Shown in pieces: positions 47,193 to 60,530 of a DNA stretch of 64,000 nt. The stretch lies in NCBI GenBank assembly GCA_017461385.1, contig JAFTXZ010000003.1, positions 146,392-210,391 on the forward strand. Direction: 5' to 3'. The notes under the pieces are model-generated. The model saw only the letters and a list, made by a program, of their open reading frames with translations, was not told the origin of the DNA and searched no databases. Within the stretch, counting starts at the first letter, position 1. Each line of letters starts with the position of its first letter. Source of the DNA: Clostridia bacterium. GTDB lineage: Bacteria > Bacillota > Clostridia > Oscillospirales > CAG-272. Made by a program: the position numbers and the translations under genes.

Positions 47193-48338
47193 ATGAAAAA
47201 GATAGTATTTGCTTTACTTTTCTTTGTTCTGATTTGTCTTTCTGCTTGTGGCTCAAACGAAAGCAGGGAGCAACAAATTGGCAAGCAGTATGACGTTTCA
47301 GAATACAGAACAACTATGCAATATCACGACAATTTCGAAATTCTTCAGCTGACGGATTTACACCTTGGAATTGAAAGCGACCTTAAGGCTCAGCTTGGAA
47401 TTATTGAAAAATCAATCAAGGAATCCGACCCAGACTTAATTATTCTGACTGGCGACAACTTTATGTATGCCACAAAAAGCATTGTGCGTCAGCTTATAAG
47501 CACGCTAAACGAGCTTTGTGGTGAGCTTACAAGCAATCACCCAGACAGGCTTACAAAGTTTGCCATTACCTACGGAAATCACGACAATCAGGGAGATTAT
47601 CCTCGCTACTACACAAACAGCGTGGTAAAGGAATTTACCTGTCCCGACGGCAAGGAAATTGAAACCGGTAAGTATGCAGCCTTCGTTGACTACGAGGACG
47701 ACAATTTGTTTGGTCTTACCAATTATTATATTGACCTGGTTGACGACAGAGAAAAATCCCTTGACACGGTTGACGTAAAATATCGCATACACATAATTGA
47801 CTCAAATACCTACTACTCTCTCGGCATGAAATACGGCTATGACGTAATTCACACTGAGCAATTGCTCCACGCAAAAAGCATTTACGAAAGCGCAACTGCA
47901 GACAAGGAGTATATTGGTATGGCATTTTTACATATTCCCTTCCAGGAATACGACCAGGTAAGAATTCAATATCAGCAAAGTGAGCATCCTGAAAAAATAG
48001 GGCAGGGAGAATTTGGCGAAAATACATTTTTCCCATACGAAAACAACGGCTCATTCACCATGCTAAGGGAGGCTAATATTGTTTCCTTTTTCGCAGGCCA
48101 CGACCACGTAAATTATGGCGATTTTATATATAACGAATCAAGCGATAAGCTAGAGGACAAGGCAATTCTTTCTTATGGTGTTAAGGCAACGAATCAGCTA
48201 TATCACGAAAAGGACAAAATAGGATACAAAGAGATTACGCTGAAGGACAACCTTACCACAGAGGAATTTATAAGCATTGAAAATATAAAGGAAAACTTCA
48301 AAAATATAACGACAGGATATGACTACTATGAAGAATAA
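47193..48338 (+). CDS. Calcineurin-like metallophosphoesterase lipoprotein
   Basis: Lipobox LSAC. ILQLTDLHLG, ILTGDN and GNHD motifs. Confidence 0.75.
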   Translation: MKKIVFALLFFVLICLSACGSNESREQQIGKQYDVSEYRTTMQYHDNFEILQLTDLHLGIESDLKAQLGIIEKSIKESDPDLIILTGDNFMYATKSIVRQLISTLNELCGELTSNHPDRLTKFAITYGNHDNQGDYPRYYTNSVVKEFTCPDGKEIETGKYAAFVDYEDDNLFGLTNYYIDLVDDREKSLDTVDVKYRIHIIDSNTYYSLGMKYGYDVIHTEQLLHAKSIYESATADKEYIGMAFLHIPFQEYDQVRIQYQQSEHPEKIGQGEFGENTFFPYENNGSFTMLREANIVSFFAGHDHVNYGDFIYNESSDKLEDKAILSYGVKATNQLYHEKDKIGYKEITLKDNLTTEEFISIENIKENFKNITTGYDYYEE

Positions 48339-49269
48339 TATTAAAAAATCAAGCATTTGTATCCATGCTTTAACAGGTGTTCTGCTTCTTTTGTCCTGCT
48401 TCTTTATGTATAACTTTTACAAGTGCCTTTCTGGCTTTGTAGCAAACGAGTTCAGAGAGCCTCTTGTAATGCTTCCGATGATTCTTTCATACCTTTTGCC
48501 CGCAATTTCCTTTGCATTCTATTTTTATAGCTTCTACGTAAAGAAAATGTCCCGCCCTGTGTCTATTTTTTACATTTCCTTTGCGTCGATTTTAGCTATT
48601 TTGAATCTTGCTCTTATCTTTGTAAGCATTGAGAGATTTGCATCAAATAGCGCACTTGGAGTTTATGACTCCTTGCTTTCAATTTTTGTAAAATTCCCTT
48701 ATGACGTAATAGTCGTAAACGTAATAATTTTAGCTATGCAGGTGATAAGCATTATTGCTCTTGCGAAGCCAAAATCAAAGCTGGCAGATTTTAAGGAATC
48801 ACTTTTACAAAATGGCAAAATTGAGGTTAAGAGGTACGAATATGCTCTGCTTTGCCTTTTGGCAATCTGGGCGTTTGTGTTTACCGGCGACGGACTTTGC
48901 TCCTTTAACGCCATTGAAAACGTGCTTTATGATGCAAGGCTTATTTTCCTGATTTTGTGGGTGCTTTTAATTCCAATTTCAAATCTTGTTTTTCTATGCG
49001 TGAAATTTGAAAAGCGAGATATATCAAAAACAAAGAAAATCGTGCTTCTTTCAAGTATGATTTTTGCAAATCTTCTCTTTGGTATTTTATTTTTAATCCT
49101 TGAGCTGGTAACGCCTGGATTTATAATCCACGTGGGCAAGCCACTTTTCTTAATTGCCTTTTCAGTTTCAATACCAATTGAGGTAATTATTCTTATTTTA
49201 ATAATGGTTATTTCAACTGTGCTTTTAACTATTAGACTGATTTCAACTATTAAAGAGAAAAAAGCATAA
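48319..49269 (+). CDS. Polytopic membrane protein of unknown function; start is either 48319 or 48328
   Basis: At least 8 hydrophobic helices. Overlaps the end of the upstream gene. Confidence 0.5.
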   Translation: MTTMKNNIKKSSICIHALTGVLLLLSCFFMYNFYKCLSGFVANEFREPLVMLPMILSYLLPAISFAFYFYSFYVKKMSRPVSIFYISFASILAILNLALIFVSIERFASNSALGVYDSLLSIFVKFPYDVIVVNVIILAMQVISIIALAKPKSKLADFKESLLQNGKIEVKRYEYALLCLLAIWAFVFTGDGLCSFNAIENVLYDARLIFLILWVLLIPISNLVFLCVKFEKRDISKTKKIVLLSSMIFANLLFGILFLILELVTPGFIIHVGKPLFLIAFSVSIPIEVIILILIMVISTVLLTIRLISTIKEKKA

Positions 49270-49363
49270 AAAAGGGGCATAGTTCCCCTTTTTATTTTTC
49301 ATAAGCATTGATTTTATTTTATGATATGATATAATAAAAGCATCACTTCAATGGGAGGCAATT

Positions 49364-50386
49364 GTGGACAACGTACAGTGGTTTAAGAATGCAAAATATG
49401 GCTTAATGGTGCATTTTGGCTTATATTCTCTTTTAGCTGGAACGTATAAAGGGAAAAGAAGCAGTCAATATGCTGAATGGATTGAAAGCGCCCTTTCTAT
49501 TCCTAATAGGGAGATAGAACGCCTAGCAGATGTTTTTAATCCTATATATATCGATGCAGAGGAATGGGTTTTGTTTGCCAAGGAATGTGGCATGGAATAC
49601 ATAGTTCTCACCTCAAAGCATCACGAGGGCTTTGCTCTTTTCAAGTCGGAGGCTGATAGCTTTAACTGCTATGACGCAAGCCCCTTTCATCGTGATATTG
49701 TGGACGAGCTTGCAAAGGCTTGTAAGAAGCACGGACTAAAGCTAGGACTTTACTATTCACAGGACCTTGATTGGCACGAATACCACGGTGGCGGTTACCT
49801 TTCCGACCCTAGTGGTTGCTGTGGCGTTTCCTGGGACAACTCATGGGATTTTAAGGGTGAAAAGGACTTTTCAATAGCTTATGAAAAGAAAATTCTTCCT
49901 CAGGTCAAGGAAATTATGTCAAAATACGGAGATATTGCTCTTGTTTGGTTTGACGTGCCAATGACCCTTTCCAAGGAGCAAAGCGAGGAATTATACAACG
50001 TAGTTAAAAAATATCAGCCTAATTGCCTAGTAAACTCTCGTCTAGGCAACGGAAAATACGACTACGTATCCCTAGGCGATAACGAAATCCCCGACAAAAT
50101 AGACACTCCTCTAGGTGAAATTGATTATAATGATATATGTGGCTTTAAGCCATCTCCTCTTGGGCTTTACGAGTCAGCATGCACTCTAAACGACACCTGG
50201 GGCTTTTCAACAATTGACACCAACTGGAAAAGCGCTAAACAAATTTACGAAAACAAAAAGCGTCTTAATGCCCTTGGAATTAATTATCTTATAAACATAG
50301 GACCCGACCACTTAGGTCGCTTCCCTGTTCAAGCAACAGAAATTCTAAGAGAGGTAAAGCGCCTCGAAAACGAGGAAAATAAATAA
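49364..50386 (+). CDS. Alpha-L-fucosidase-like glycoside hydrolase (GH29), catalytic domain only
   Basis: WFKNAKYGLMVHFGLYS...EWVLFAKECGMEYIVLTSKHHEGFALF is the GH29 N-terminal signature. GTG start with RBS GGGAGG. Confidence 0.7.
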   Translation: MDNVQWFKNAKYGLMVHFGLYSLLAGTYKGKRSSQYAEWIESALSIPNREIERLADVFNPIYIDAEEWVLFAKECGMEYIVLTSKHHEGFALFKSEADSFNCYDASPFHRDIVDELAKACKKHGLKLGLYYSQDLDWHEYHGGGYLSDPSGCCGVSWDNSWDFKGEKDFSIAYEKKILPQVKEIMSKYGDIALVWFDVPMTLSKEQSEELYNVVKKYQPNCLVNSRLGNGKYDYVSLGDNEIPDKIDTPLGEIDYNDICGFKPSPLGLYESACTLNDTWGFSTIDTNWKSAKQIYENKKRLNALGINYLINIGPDHLGRFPVQATEILREVKRLENEENK

Positions 50387-50388
50387 CA

Positions 50389-50447
50389 AAAAAGGCTCGC
50401 AAGAGCCTTTTTCTATTAAAAAATGCGACACAGTGTCGCATTTTTTA
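50389..50447. terminator. Two adjacent terminator hairpins; the second is bidirectional
   Basis: AAAAGGCTC-GCAA-GAGCCTTTT, and ATGCGACAC-A-GTGTCGCAT flanked by A6 and T6. Confidence 0.8.
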
Positions 50448-51188
50448 GAATTCCATTGTGAATCCTGCATAAAAACTGTGCCATTCGGTTGATATTCTTG
50501 ACTTTCTATAATCCTTAAGCAAAAGTTTACCAGGTTTACTCCAATAATTATCATATATTCCAGAAAAAATAATATTGTCTTTTCTCAGGCGTTCACACAA
50601 CATATCAAGGATGCTTATCAGTTCTACTGGCAAGCTTTCTATCCCTATTATTAATATAGATTTACGATTTGTTGTTCCATATCCAATTACTTTTTCATAA
50701 TAGTCGAAGCTAGAGCTTTCATTGTCACTGTGAAACCTTATTCCCAATTCCCTTGCAAAATCATATTTCATGATACTCTTATATACGTCCTGCCCGACAA
50801 CGTTTCCATTTTCATCCGCTCTATCATAGCGATGAATGTTGCAAAACATATCGTATTCCATAATTCTTCTTTCGAAAGAATCCATAAGCTCTTTTGGAAG
50901 CCTTTTTTGTTCCCAAGTACTAATATAAACCTTTACAATTTTCTTTCCTTTTTTGGTTATATAATCTTTGTTCTTAACCTTTTCCATTATGGCTTTTTTT
51001 ACCGATTCATATAACCCGTCGAAGAACTCCTTGTACATTTCATCACAAATGACTTGCAGTTCCTTCTTGATTTTTTCTAGTTCTTGCTTTCCAAGCTCTT
51101 CTTTTCTCTTTTCCGCATTATCTGCTAGATTCAACTGCTCGGCAAAGCTAAGCTCTTTCTTTTCGTTTGAACCCTTTGTGTCGTTCAT
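50445..51188 (-). CDS. Hypothetical protein (247 aa), N-terminal coiled coil
   Basis: ORF with good terminators on both sides. No recognisable motifs. Confidence 0.4.
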   Translation of the reverse strand: MNDTKGSNEKKELSFAEQLNLADNAEKRKEELGKQELEKIKKELQVICDEMYKEFFDGLYESVKKAIMEKVKNKDYITKKGKKIVKVYISTWEQKRLPKELMDSFERRIMEYDMFCNIHRYDRADENGNVVGQDVYKSIMKYDFARELGIRFHSDNESSSFDYYEKVIGYGTTNRKSILIIGIESLPVELISILDMLCERLRKDNIIFSGIYDNYWSKPGKLLLKDYRKSRISTEWHSFYAGFTMEF

Positions 51189-51256
51189 TTCGTTGTCTCC
51201 TTATGTAATAATCAAACACGCCCCTTGGATTTTATTTCAAGGGGCATTTTATAGCT

Positions 51257-52030
51257 TTATTCGTTTGTGTTGATATATTTTCCGTAAATTCTTAGGTAGT
51301 TTATGCCTGATGCTACGGTCATAAATAGCATTGCTAAAATTGCAATATAGGAAGCTATATAATAGGTGCTAAATGAGCCTAGGTTGCTTTCATTAATTGC
51401 AAACTCAACAAGAATTATTATAACTGCAAGTATTTGTGTAACGGTCTTTGCCTTACCAAAGAAGTTTGCAGGAATTACGCCCACCTTTTTATTTGCGCAA
51501 ACGAGACGGATTGAGGTAACGCCAAGCTCGCGTAAGAATACGATAACGCTAGCCCACAATAGCACGTTAAACATAATTTGTGCGTTTGTATTTTCTACAA
51601 CTTCTCCTACCGGGAAGCCAAAGAAGCTTCCGGTTGTGATTTTGAAGGTTTGCTCACCAGCTATGGCAAACTTACCTGTCAATGCAAGAAGCATACCAAA
51701 AATCATAATTTTATCTGCTACTGCATCTATAAACTTACCAAAATCTGTTACAAGATTATATTTTCTTGCAATTTTGCCGTCAAGAAAGTCGGTAAATCCG
51801 GTAATTGCAAATACTATTGCAGTTACAACGCCACAAGCAACCGGATTTTGAATATAAATTAAGCAAGCAATAAAAGCAGGCACTAAGGCTACTCTTAAGA
51901 GAGAAAGCATATTAGGCACGTTAAGTGTGCTTTTGTACTTTTCCTTTTCAATAACTCTAGGCTCTGCTTCGTTTTTCAAAACAGGAGCTTCCTTTTGCTC
52001 TTGCTCCTTGAGCTGTTCATTTTTGTTCAT
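51257..52030 (-). CDS. pgsA: CDP-diacylglycerol--glycerol-3-phosphate 3-phosphatidyltransferase with an about 35-aa N-terminal extension
   Basis: LNVPNMLSLLRVALVP...DFLDGKIARKYNLVTDFGKFIDAVADK is the CDP-alcohol phosphatidyltransferase motif. Confidence 0.8.
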   Translation of the reverse strand: MNKNEQLKEQEQKEAPVLKNEAEPRVIEKEKYKSTLNVPNMLSLLRVALVPAFIACLIYIQNPVACGVVTAIVFAITGFTDFLDGKIARKYNLVTDFGKFIDAVADKIMIFGMLLALTGKFAIAGEQTFKITTGSFFGFPVGEVVENTNAQIMFNVLLWASVIVFLRELGVTSIRLVCANKKVGVIPANFFGKAKTVTQILAVIIILVEFAINESNLGSFSTYYIASYIAILAMLFMTVASGINYLRIYGKYINTNE

Positions 52031-52056
52031 ATTTTCACTCCAAGACTATTAAATAT

Positions 52057-53388
52057 TTACTTTTCAGTAGCATAAATGTTGTGGTCGTCGATTTCGTCAA
52101 TTACTACGTTTACAAAATCCCCCACAGAGTGTTTGATTTTTGATTGATAGAACACCAAATCGTCAATTTCCGGAGCATCGGTATAGGCTCTTGCAATATA
52201 CCTTTTTTCTAGCTGATCGTAGCCCTCGGTAAGAACTCTTATTGTTTTTCCAGCTTGATTTTTTGATAGCTCCTCGCAAACGCTTTGTTGCTCTCTCATT
52301 ATAATTTCTTCTCTTTTAGCCTTTATATCCTCGTCAATTTGCTCCTCAAAGTCGTAAGCCGGAGTTCCCTCCTCGCGAGAATAAGCAAAGGCGCCAAAAT
52401 GCTCGAACTTAACCTCTCTTATGAACTGGCAAAGCTCCAAAAACTCCTCCTCTGTTTCAGAGGGAAAGCCAACGATTGCAGTTGAGCGAATAACCATTCC
52501 CTCAACCTCTCTTAGGGACTTAATCGCTTCCCTTATGGTATTCCCATTTCCACGCCTGTTCATTCTTTTTAGAATTCTGTCGTTTATATGCTGAATAGGT
52601 AGGTCTATGTACTTAACCAGCTTAGGATTTTCCTTAAATTCGCAAATTAGCTCCGGAGTGATTTTATCTGGATAGCAATAAAGAACCCTTAGCCACTCAA
52701 CGCTTGTTTCCTTAGCCAAGCGAGAAAGCAAATGCGCGAGCTTATACTCCCCGTAAAGGTCCTTGCCATAGGCAGTTGTATCCTGTCCTATAACGATAAG
52801 CTCCTTAACTCCAACGTCGCAAAGCTCCTTAGCCTCAGTTATAATATCCTCAATAGGCCTTGAACGGAATTTTCCTCTGATAGACGGAATTGCACAATAG
52901 GTGCAACGGTTATCACAGCCCTCGCTTATCTTCAGATATGCGTAAGCGTCGCCTGTGGTAATTATTCTATCTCCGCCAAGGGGAACAAGATTTTTATCTA
53001 AATAGGAGGTATATTTCTCTTTTTTAGACACTGCCTCCACTGCTTTTACAATTTCGTGAACGCTTCCAGTTCCCAAAACTGCATCAACCTCGGGCATTTC
53101 CTTCATTATCTCGTCCCTGTATCTTTCTGCAAGACAGCCAGTTACAACAATGCCCTTTAGCTTGGAATTTTCCTTTAGCCAGGCTATATCAAGAATATTG
53201 TCAATAGACTCCTGCTTCGCATCACCAATAAATGCACAGGTGTTTATTATGATAATATCTGCCTCAGTTTCCTCGGGAGTAATCTGATACCCTGCCTTAG
53301 CAAGATGTCCTAGCATTACCTCTGTATCAAGAAGGTTTTTAGGACAGCCAAGGGAGACAAAGCCTACCACCACGTCCTTATTCTGCAT
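52057..53388 (-). CDS. rimO: Ribosomal protein S12 methylthiotransferase RimO (MiaB-family radical SAM)
   Basis: VGFVSLGCPKN, radical-SAM CxxxCxxC and a TRAM domain. RBS AAGGAG precedes the ATG at 53388, which overlaps the recX end by 11 nt. Confidence 0.8.
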   Translation of the reverse strand: MQNKDVVVGFVSLGCPKNLLDTEVMLGHLAKAGYQITPEETEADIIIINTCAFIGDAKQESIDNILDIAWLKENSKLKGIVVTGCLAERYRDEIMKEMPEVDAVLGTGSVHEIVKAVEAVSKKEKYTSYLDKNLVPLGGDRIITTGDAYAYLKISEGCDNRCTYCAIPSIRGKFRSRPIEDIITEAKELCDVGVKELIVIGQDTTAYGKDLYGEYKLAHLLSRLAKETSVEWLRVLYCYPDKITPELICEFKENPKLVKYIDLPIQHINDRILKRMNRRGNGNTIREAIKSLREVEGMVIRSTAIVGFPSETEEEFLELCQFIREVKFEHFGAFAYSREEGTPAYDFEEQIDEDIKAKREEIIMREQQSVCEELSKNQAGKTIRVLTEGYDQLEKRYIARAYTDAPEIDDLVFYQSKIKHSVGDFVNVVIDEIDDHNIYATEK

Positions 53389-54028
53389 CGCTATTCTCCT
53401 TAACGATATCAATTGCGTTCTTAATATCCATTACAGTATAGCCAAGACGCATTAGGCTCGCTATCATTTTCTTAATATCCTCGCCTGTCTTTGGTAGTGG
53501 GTTATGCTTTTGAACGATAACCTGTGCGCACCTTTGACCAAAGTCAATCTCTGCCAGACTGTCGGAAACGTAGTTCATTACGTCCTCTCTTTGATAGCCC
53601 TTTGTAACAAGCTCGTTTATAATCTTTTGCTTGCCAAAGCCCTTTCTCAGATAGCCCTCGCAAAGAAGTCCAATTTGCTTCTTTTCATCAATGTAGCCTC
53701 TGTGCTCCATATAAACGGCTACGTTTTTAGAAAGCTCATAGGAGAAGCCTCTTGCCTGAAGCTTCATTGATAAAGTCTTTTTGTTGTTTTCTCCACAGGA
53801 TAGAATTGAAAAGGCAGCACGTCTTGCATTATCAAAAAGCATTTCCTCTCTTATTGAAAGAAAGCGATTATCGTCAAGAACTGCGCCCTCCTTAATTCCA
53901 AAGCGTAAAAATTGCTCCTCGGATATTTGCATCTCAAACGTTGTTTCCATATTCGATCTGATGCACAATATTCTTCCCTGTGTTGTCTTTTTTATTTTTT
54001 CAACCTTGTAGTATATTTCTTTTTCCAT
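53378..54028 (-). CDS. recX: RecX-like regulatory protein
   Basis: Three-helix-repeat protein directly downstream of recA; length 216 aa. Confidence 0.6.
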   Translation of the reverse strand: MEKEIYYKVEKIKKTTQGRILCIRSNMETTFEMQISEEQFLRFGIKEGAVLDDNRFLSIREEMLFDNARRAAFSILSCGENNKKTLSMKLQARGFSYELSKNVAVYMEHRGYIDEKKQIGLLCEGYLRKGFGKQKIINELVTKGYQREDVMNYVSDSLAEIDFGQRCAQVIVQKHNPLPKTGEDIKKMIASLMRLGYTVMDIKNAIDIVKENSDAE

Positions 54029-54031
54029 AAA

Positions 54032-55138
54032 TTAATCATCCAAATTAAGTGACTTAATATCGAAATCATCGCCTATATCAATATCGTCGTCATCGCCACC
54101 TGTTGCACCGCTTTGTATCTTTGCTATAATCTTTTCCTCTAGCTCCTTCATAAGAGCAGGGTCCTTTTCAAAATATGCTCTTGTATTATCCTTACCCTGA
54201 GCAACCTTTTGTCCCTCATAAGAGAACCAAGAGCCACTCTTTTGTACAATGTCAAGAGTCAAGGCAAGCTCCATCATTTCAGAAGCCTTTGAAATGCCCT
54301 TACCGTAAAGAATATCAAATTCAGCAACCTTAAACGGTGGCGCTACCTTATTCTTTACAACCTTACATTTTACGTGGTTACCGTAAGCCTCTGTTCCGTT
54401 TTTCAAGGTATCTGCCTTTCTAACGTCGATTCTTACAGATGCGTAATACTTAAGCGCCTTACCACCAGTGGTTGTTTCTGGGTTTCCGTACATTACGTTT
54501 AGCTTATCACGAAGCTGGTTAATAAATATAACGATACAGTTTGTCTTAGCAATCGCACCAGAAAGCTTACGAAGCGCCTGAGACATAAGCCTTGCCTGAA
54601 GTCCCATGTGAGAATCACCCATTGAGCCCTCAATTTCCTGCCTTGGAACAAGTGCAGCAACTGAGTCGATTACTACAATATCAACGGCACCTGAGGAAAC
54701 AAGCTTCTCTGTAATTTCAAGTGCCTGCTCTCCGTTATCTGGCTGAGATACAAGTAGCTCGTCAATATTTACTCCAATTGCCTTTGCATATACTGGGTCA
54801 AGGGCATGCTCTGCGTCGATAAACGCAGCAGTTCCTCCCTGCTTCTGCGCCTCTGCCACTGCGTGGAGAGCAACAGTTGTCTTACCTGAGCTTTCAGGAC
54901 CGTAAATTTCAACAATTCTTCCTCTTGGCAATCCACCAACACCAAGAGCTAAATCAAGAGTCAGTGAGCCTGTGGATACTGCGCCAATTTGAATATCGCC
55001 CTTTTCACCCAGACGGCGAATGGATTCCTCTCCGCATTCTCTTTTAATTTGACTTAGGGCAGTTTCAAGCGCCTTTCTTTTTTCCTCCGGGCTAACTACC
55101 TGCACATCGTCCTTAGCCTTAACTGCTTTTTTAGCCAT
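54032..55138 (-). CDS. recA: Recombinase RecA
   Basis: GPESSGKTT Walker A, L1/L2 loops and a C-terminal acidic tail. Confidence 0.95.
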   Translation of the reverse strand: MAKKAVKAKDDVQVVSPEEKRKALETALSQIKRECGEESIRRLGEKGDIQIGAVSTGSLTLDLALGVGGLPRGRIVEIYGPESSGKTTVALHAVAEAQKQGGTAAFIDAEHALDPVYAKAIGVNIDELLVSQPDNGEQALEITEKLVSSGAVDIVVIDSVAALVPRQEIEGSMGDSHMGLQARLMSQALRKLSGAIAKTNCIVIFINQLRDKLNVMYGNPETTTGGKALKYYASVRIDVRKADTLKNGTEAYGNHVKCKVVKNKVAPPFKVAEFDILYGKGISKASEMMELALTLDIVQKSGSWFSYEGQKVAQGKDNTRAYFEKDPALMKELEEKIIAKIQSGATGGDDDDIDIGDDFDIKSLNLDD

Positions 55139-55171
55139 TATTTTCTCCTATTCCAGAGCCGTGCTCTAATT

Positions 55172-55738
55172 TTAATAGGTTGTGCTATTTATTCGCCAAC
55201 CATTTTTCTCAAGCCTTACCTGAATGCTTTTTATATTTCCATCAATGGTAGTTACCTGAGCATTTATTATATTACTTGTAGTTTCCTTAATTTCTATTGT
55301 GTCAAGGTCATAAACGTAAACGTCCACTAGTGGCTCAATGTCCTTTCTCACCAAAATTGCACCGCCAACCTCAATATATCTTGGCTGAGCAAGGGTGCCT
55401 CCACCTGCGCTATATCTTCCCTCAAAGGTAGAAACGATAAGCTCCTCGGCGTAGCTTTCAGTAAGAATAGACCTTGTAAAAGCCTTTATTTCCTCTAGGC
55501 TTTTATATTTTTCACTTGAGCTCATTTCCACGTAAGCATTATTAGTTTCTATATCTATATGCTCAAGACCGTCTCCGTAATGAATACGGTTTATTTCAAA
55601 GACACCCTCCATTAGCTTTTGAACTATTGGAAGCGCCTCCTCCTTAGAAATGGACTCCTCTCCGTTACAGCCCACCATTAGGGTAGCCAAGGAGGCTACC
55701 ACTAATAGCATAGCTAGAATCTTAGTTAATTTTTTCAC
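55172..55738 (-). CDS. Lipoprotein of unknown function between gyrA and recA
   Basis: [24 protein letters not shown]. Overlaps the gyrA stop by 4 nt. Confidence 0.55.
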   Translation of the reverse strand: MKKLTKILAMLLVVASLATLMVGCNGEESISKEEALPIVQKLMEGVFEINRIHYGDGLEHIDIETNNAYVEMSSSEKYKSLEEIKAFTRSILTESYAEELIVSTFEGRYSAGGGTLAQPRYIEVGGAILVRKDIEPLVDVYVYDLDTIEIKETTSNIINAQVTTIDGNIKSIQVRLEKNGWRINSTTY

Positions 55739-58302
55739 GCCTCGTCACCCTGTGGCTTGTCGTTTTGGTTGTTTTCCTCATCAACAGCCTCGCCCTGCGC
55801 TGGAGTAGCTGGCAATTCCTCGCCCTCTGCTAAGGAGTCAGAAATTTCCTCCTCGTCCTCCTTGTCAACAAGGGTTGTATTTGCAACGATTGCATTTTCA
55901 TTGAGCTTCATTATTCTTACACCTGTTGTCGATCTCTTATAGGTTGGAATAACGTCTGTCGCTGTTCTTATTATTGTGCCCTCGTTTGTAATTACCATTA
56001 CGTCCTTACCCTCGTCTACGCAGGAAACAGATGCCAAAAGTCCTGTCTTATCGTTGATATTATGAACTATAACGCCCAAAATACCACGATTTCTAGGCTC
56101 AAATTCAGAGAATTCACTCTTCTTTCCATAGCCCTTTTCAGTTATTGTGAGTAGCTTCTTTGTTTCGTCGACGATAACTGCGCCACAAACAATATCGCCC
56201 TCACGTAGATCAATACCACGAACGCCACGAGCTGTTCTGCTGACAACCTTAACCTTGTCCTCATGGAATCTGACTGCATAGCCGTTCTTTGTAGCTATAA
56301 GCACGTCCTCCTTGCCAGTTGTATGTCCAACGAAGATAAGCTTATCGCCCTCGTCAAGATTTATAGCAATCTTACCACCCTTACGCTGGTATTCGTATTC
56401 CTCAAGGTCTGTGCGCTTAATAATACCGTTTTGAGTAATCATTGTTAGATACTCACCGTGTGTAAACTCATCAAGAGCAATCATAGCCGTTACTCTTTCA
56501 CCCTTTTCAATTTCAATAATATTGATTAGGTTAGAGCCCTTAGCTGTTCTTGAAGCCTCTGGAATTCTATATACCTTACGAACGAAAATCTTACCATTAT
56601 CAGTAAACATAAGCAGGTATGAGTGGCTATTTGCAACGAGAACTCTTTCAATAAAGTCCTCCTCCTTAGTATGCATAGCAATAAGTCCCTTACCACCACG
56701 TCTTTGTGCTGAATATGTATCAGCTGGGATTCTCTTGATGTAGCCAGAGTTTGTAAGTGTAATTACACACTCGTGTCTTTCAATTAAGTCCTCAATATCA
56801 ATTTCGTCATCATTATCAAGGATTTCTGTTCTTCTTTCATCAGCATACTTGCGCTTGATTTCAGAAAGCTCGTCCTTAATAATAGACTTGATTTTTTCCT
56901 CGCTTCTAAGAATTTCAGTATATTCCTTAATAAGCTCATAAAGCTTAGCAAGCCTGTCCTCAATCTTTTGTCTTTCAAGACCAGACAAGCGTCCAAGAGT
57001 CATTTCAACAATAGCCTGTGCTTGTACGTCAGTTAGGTCAAAGCGCGCAATCAGGTTTTCCTTTGCAACAGGAGTTGACTCAGATGAACGGATTATGGAA
57101 ATAACCTCATCAATATTGTCAATTGCTGTCTTGTAGCCCTCATAAATATGAGCCTCGTTTTGAGCCTTATTTAGGTCAAACTGTGTTCTTCTTCTAATTA
57201 CGTCCTCCTGGAAGGATATGTAGTTATTAAGAACGTCCTTCAGACCAAGTGTCTTTGGCTCACCATTTACAAGTGCAAGCATATTTACTGCACAGGTGTC
57301 CTCAAGCTGAGTATTCTTGTAAAGTAGATTTAGTATAATGTGTGGGTTTGCATCTCTCTTATATTCAATAACGATTCTCATTCCTGCACGGCCACTCTCG
57401 TTACGAATATCAGTAATACCCTCTATCTTCTTATCCTTAACTAGTCCAGCCATTGACTCAATGAGCATTTGTCTGTTAACCATATAAGGAATTTCAGTTA
57501 CAACAATGCGTCTGTTCTCCTCCTCAATAGTAGCCTTGGAGCGCACTCTAATTCTTCCCTTACCTGTTGTATAGGCATCAACAATGCCACGCTTTCCATA
57601 GATAGTTGCGTAGGTTGGGAAGTCTGGACCCTTAATGTATTCCATAAGCTCGGAAACCTCGCACTCTGGATTATCCATTAGGTAAATAGTACCGTCAATA
57701 ACCTCTCCTAGGTTATGTGGGGGCACGTTTGTTGCCATACCAACCGCAATACCAACGCTTCCGTTAACCAGGAAGTTAGGGAAACGAGATGGAAGAACAG
57801 TTGGCTCCTTTCTTGAGTTATCAAAGTTAGGAACAAAATCAACAACGTCCTTTTCAATATCGCCCATTAGCTCGTTTGCGAGCTTGGACATTCTTGCCTC
57901 TGTATAACGGTAAGCAGCAGCGCCGTCGCCGTCAACGTTACCAAAGTTACCGTGTCCGTCAACTAATGGATAACGAAGTGAGAAGGGCTGAGCCATTCTA
58001 ACCATAGTTCCATATACGGACTGGTCGCCGTGTGGATGGTATCTACCGAGCACGTTACCGACGGTTGTAGCTGATTTTCTGAAGGGCTTATCACTTGTCA
58101 GGTGATCCTCATACATAGCGTACATAACACGTCTTTGACCTGGCTTCATACCGTCTCTTATATCTGGTAGGGCACGGCTTACAATAACACTCATTGAATA
58201 CTCAAGAAATGCCTCTGGTACTCTTGACTCGATAGTTTTGCCAACTATCATCTGTTCAATATTTTCATAATCTAAATCATCATGCTTTAATTCCTTTGCC
58301 AT
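55735..58302 (-). CDS. gyrA: DNA gyrase subunit A
   Basis: [21 protein letters not shown]-terminus, active-site region and a beta-pinwheel C-terminal domain. Confidence 0.95.
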   Translation of the reverse strand: MAKELKHDDLDYENIEQMIVGKTIESRVPEAFLEYSMSVIVSRALPDIRDGMKPGQRRVMYAMYEDHLTSDKPFRKSATTVGNVLGRYHPHGDQSVYGTMVRMAQPFSLRYPLVDGHGNFGNVDGDGAAAYRYTEARMSKLANELMGDIEKDVVDFVPNFDNSRKEPTVLPSRFPNFLVNGSVGIAVGMATNVPPHNLGEVIDGTIYLMDNPECEVSELMEYIKGPDFPTYATIYGKRGIVDAYTTGKGRIRVRSKATIEEENRRIVVTEIPYMVNRQMLIESMAGLVKDKKIEGITDIRNESGRAGMRIVIEYKRDANPHIILNLLYKNTQLEDTCAVNMLALVNGEPKTLGLKDVLNNYISFQEDVIRRRTQFDLNKAQNEAHIYEGYKTAIDNIDEVISIIRSSESTPVAKENLIARFDLTDVQAQAIVEMTLGRLSGLERQKIEDRLAKLYELIKEYTEILRSEEKIKSIIKDELSEIKRKYADERRTEILDNDDEIDIEDLIERHECVITLTNSGYIKRIPADTYSAQRRGGKGLIAMHTKEEDFIERVLVANSHSYLLMFTDNGKIFVRKVYRIPEASRTAKGSNLINIIEIEKGERVTAMIALDEFTHGEYLTMITQNGIIKRTDLEEYEYQRKGGKIAINLDEGDKLIFVGHTTGKEDVLIATKNGYAVRFHEDKVKVVSRTARGVRGIDLREGDIVCGAVIVDETKKLLTITEKGYGKKSEFSEFEPRNRGILGVIVHNINDKTGLLASVSCVDEGKDVMVITNEGTIIRTATDVIPTYKRSTTGVRIMKLNENAIVANTTLVDKEDEEEISDSLAEGEELPATPAQGEAVDEENNQNDKPQGDEA

Positions 58303-58316
58303 CTTAAGCCACCCCC

Positions 58317-60260
<1,944 letters not shown>

Positions 60261-60291
60261 CTATGCTCTCCTTTTTTAATTCTCAAACCTT

Positions 60292-60516
60292 TTATTTTAT
60301 CGCTTGTACATTAAGTGGGGATAAATACACAGTCTTATCTGTGGTTACAATAAAGGATTTTGGCAAGCTGTAGCCTAATGCTATAACTCTTTTTTCCCTT
60401 TGCGCCTTGTTAAGAAAATTTCTTGTATTTACAGAAACCGTTGCAAAGTCAAGGTCAAATATACCGACTATATTTTTATCTCTTAAAACCTTGCCCTCTC
60501 CTATGTGTAAATACAT
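60292..60516 (-). CDS. remB: DUF370 (RemB/YaaB-like) small protein between recF and gyrB
   Basis: 74 aa at the conserved position in the Firmicutes origin cluster. Confidence 0.55.
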   Translation of the reverse strand: MYLHIGEGKVLRDKNIVGIFDLDFATVSVNTRNFLNKAQREKRVIALGYSLPKSFIVTTDKTVYLSPLNVQAIK

Positions 60517-60530
60517 AACAATTCTCCATT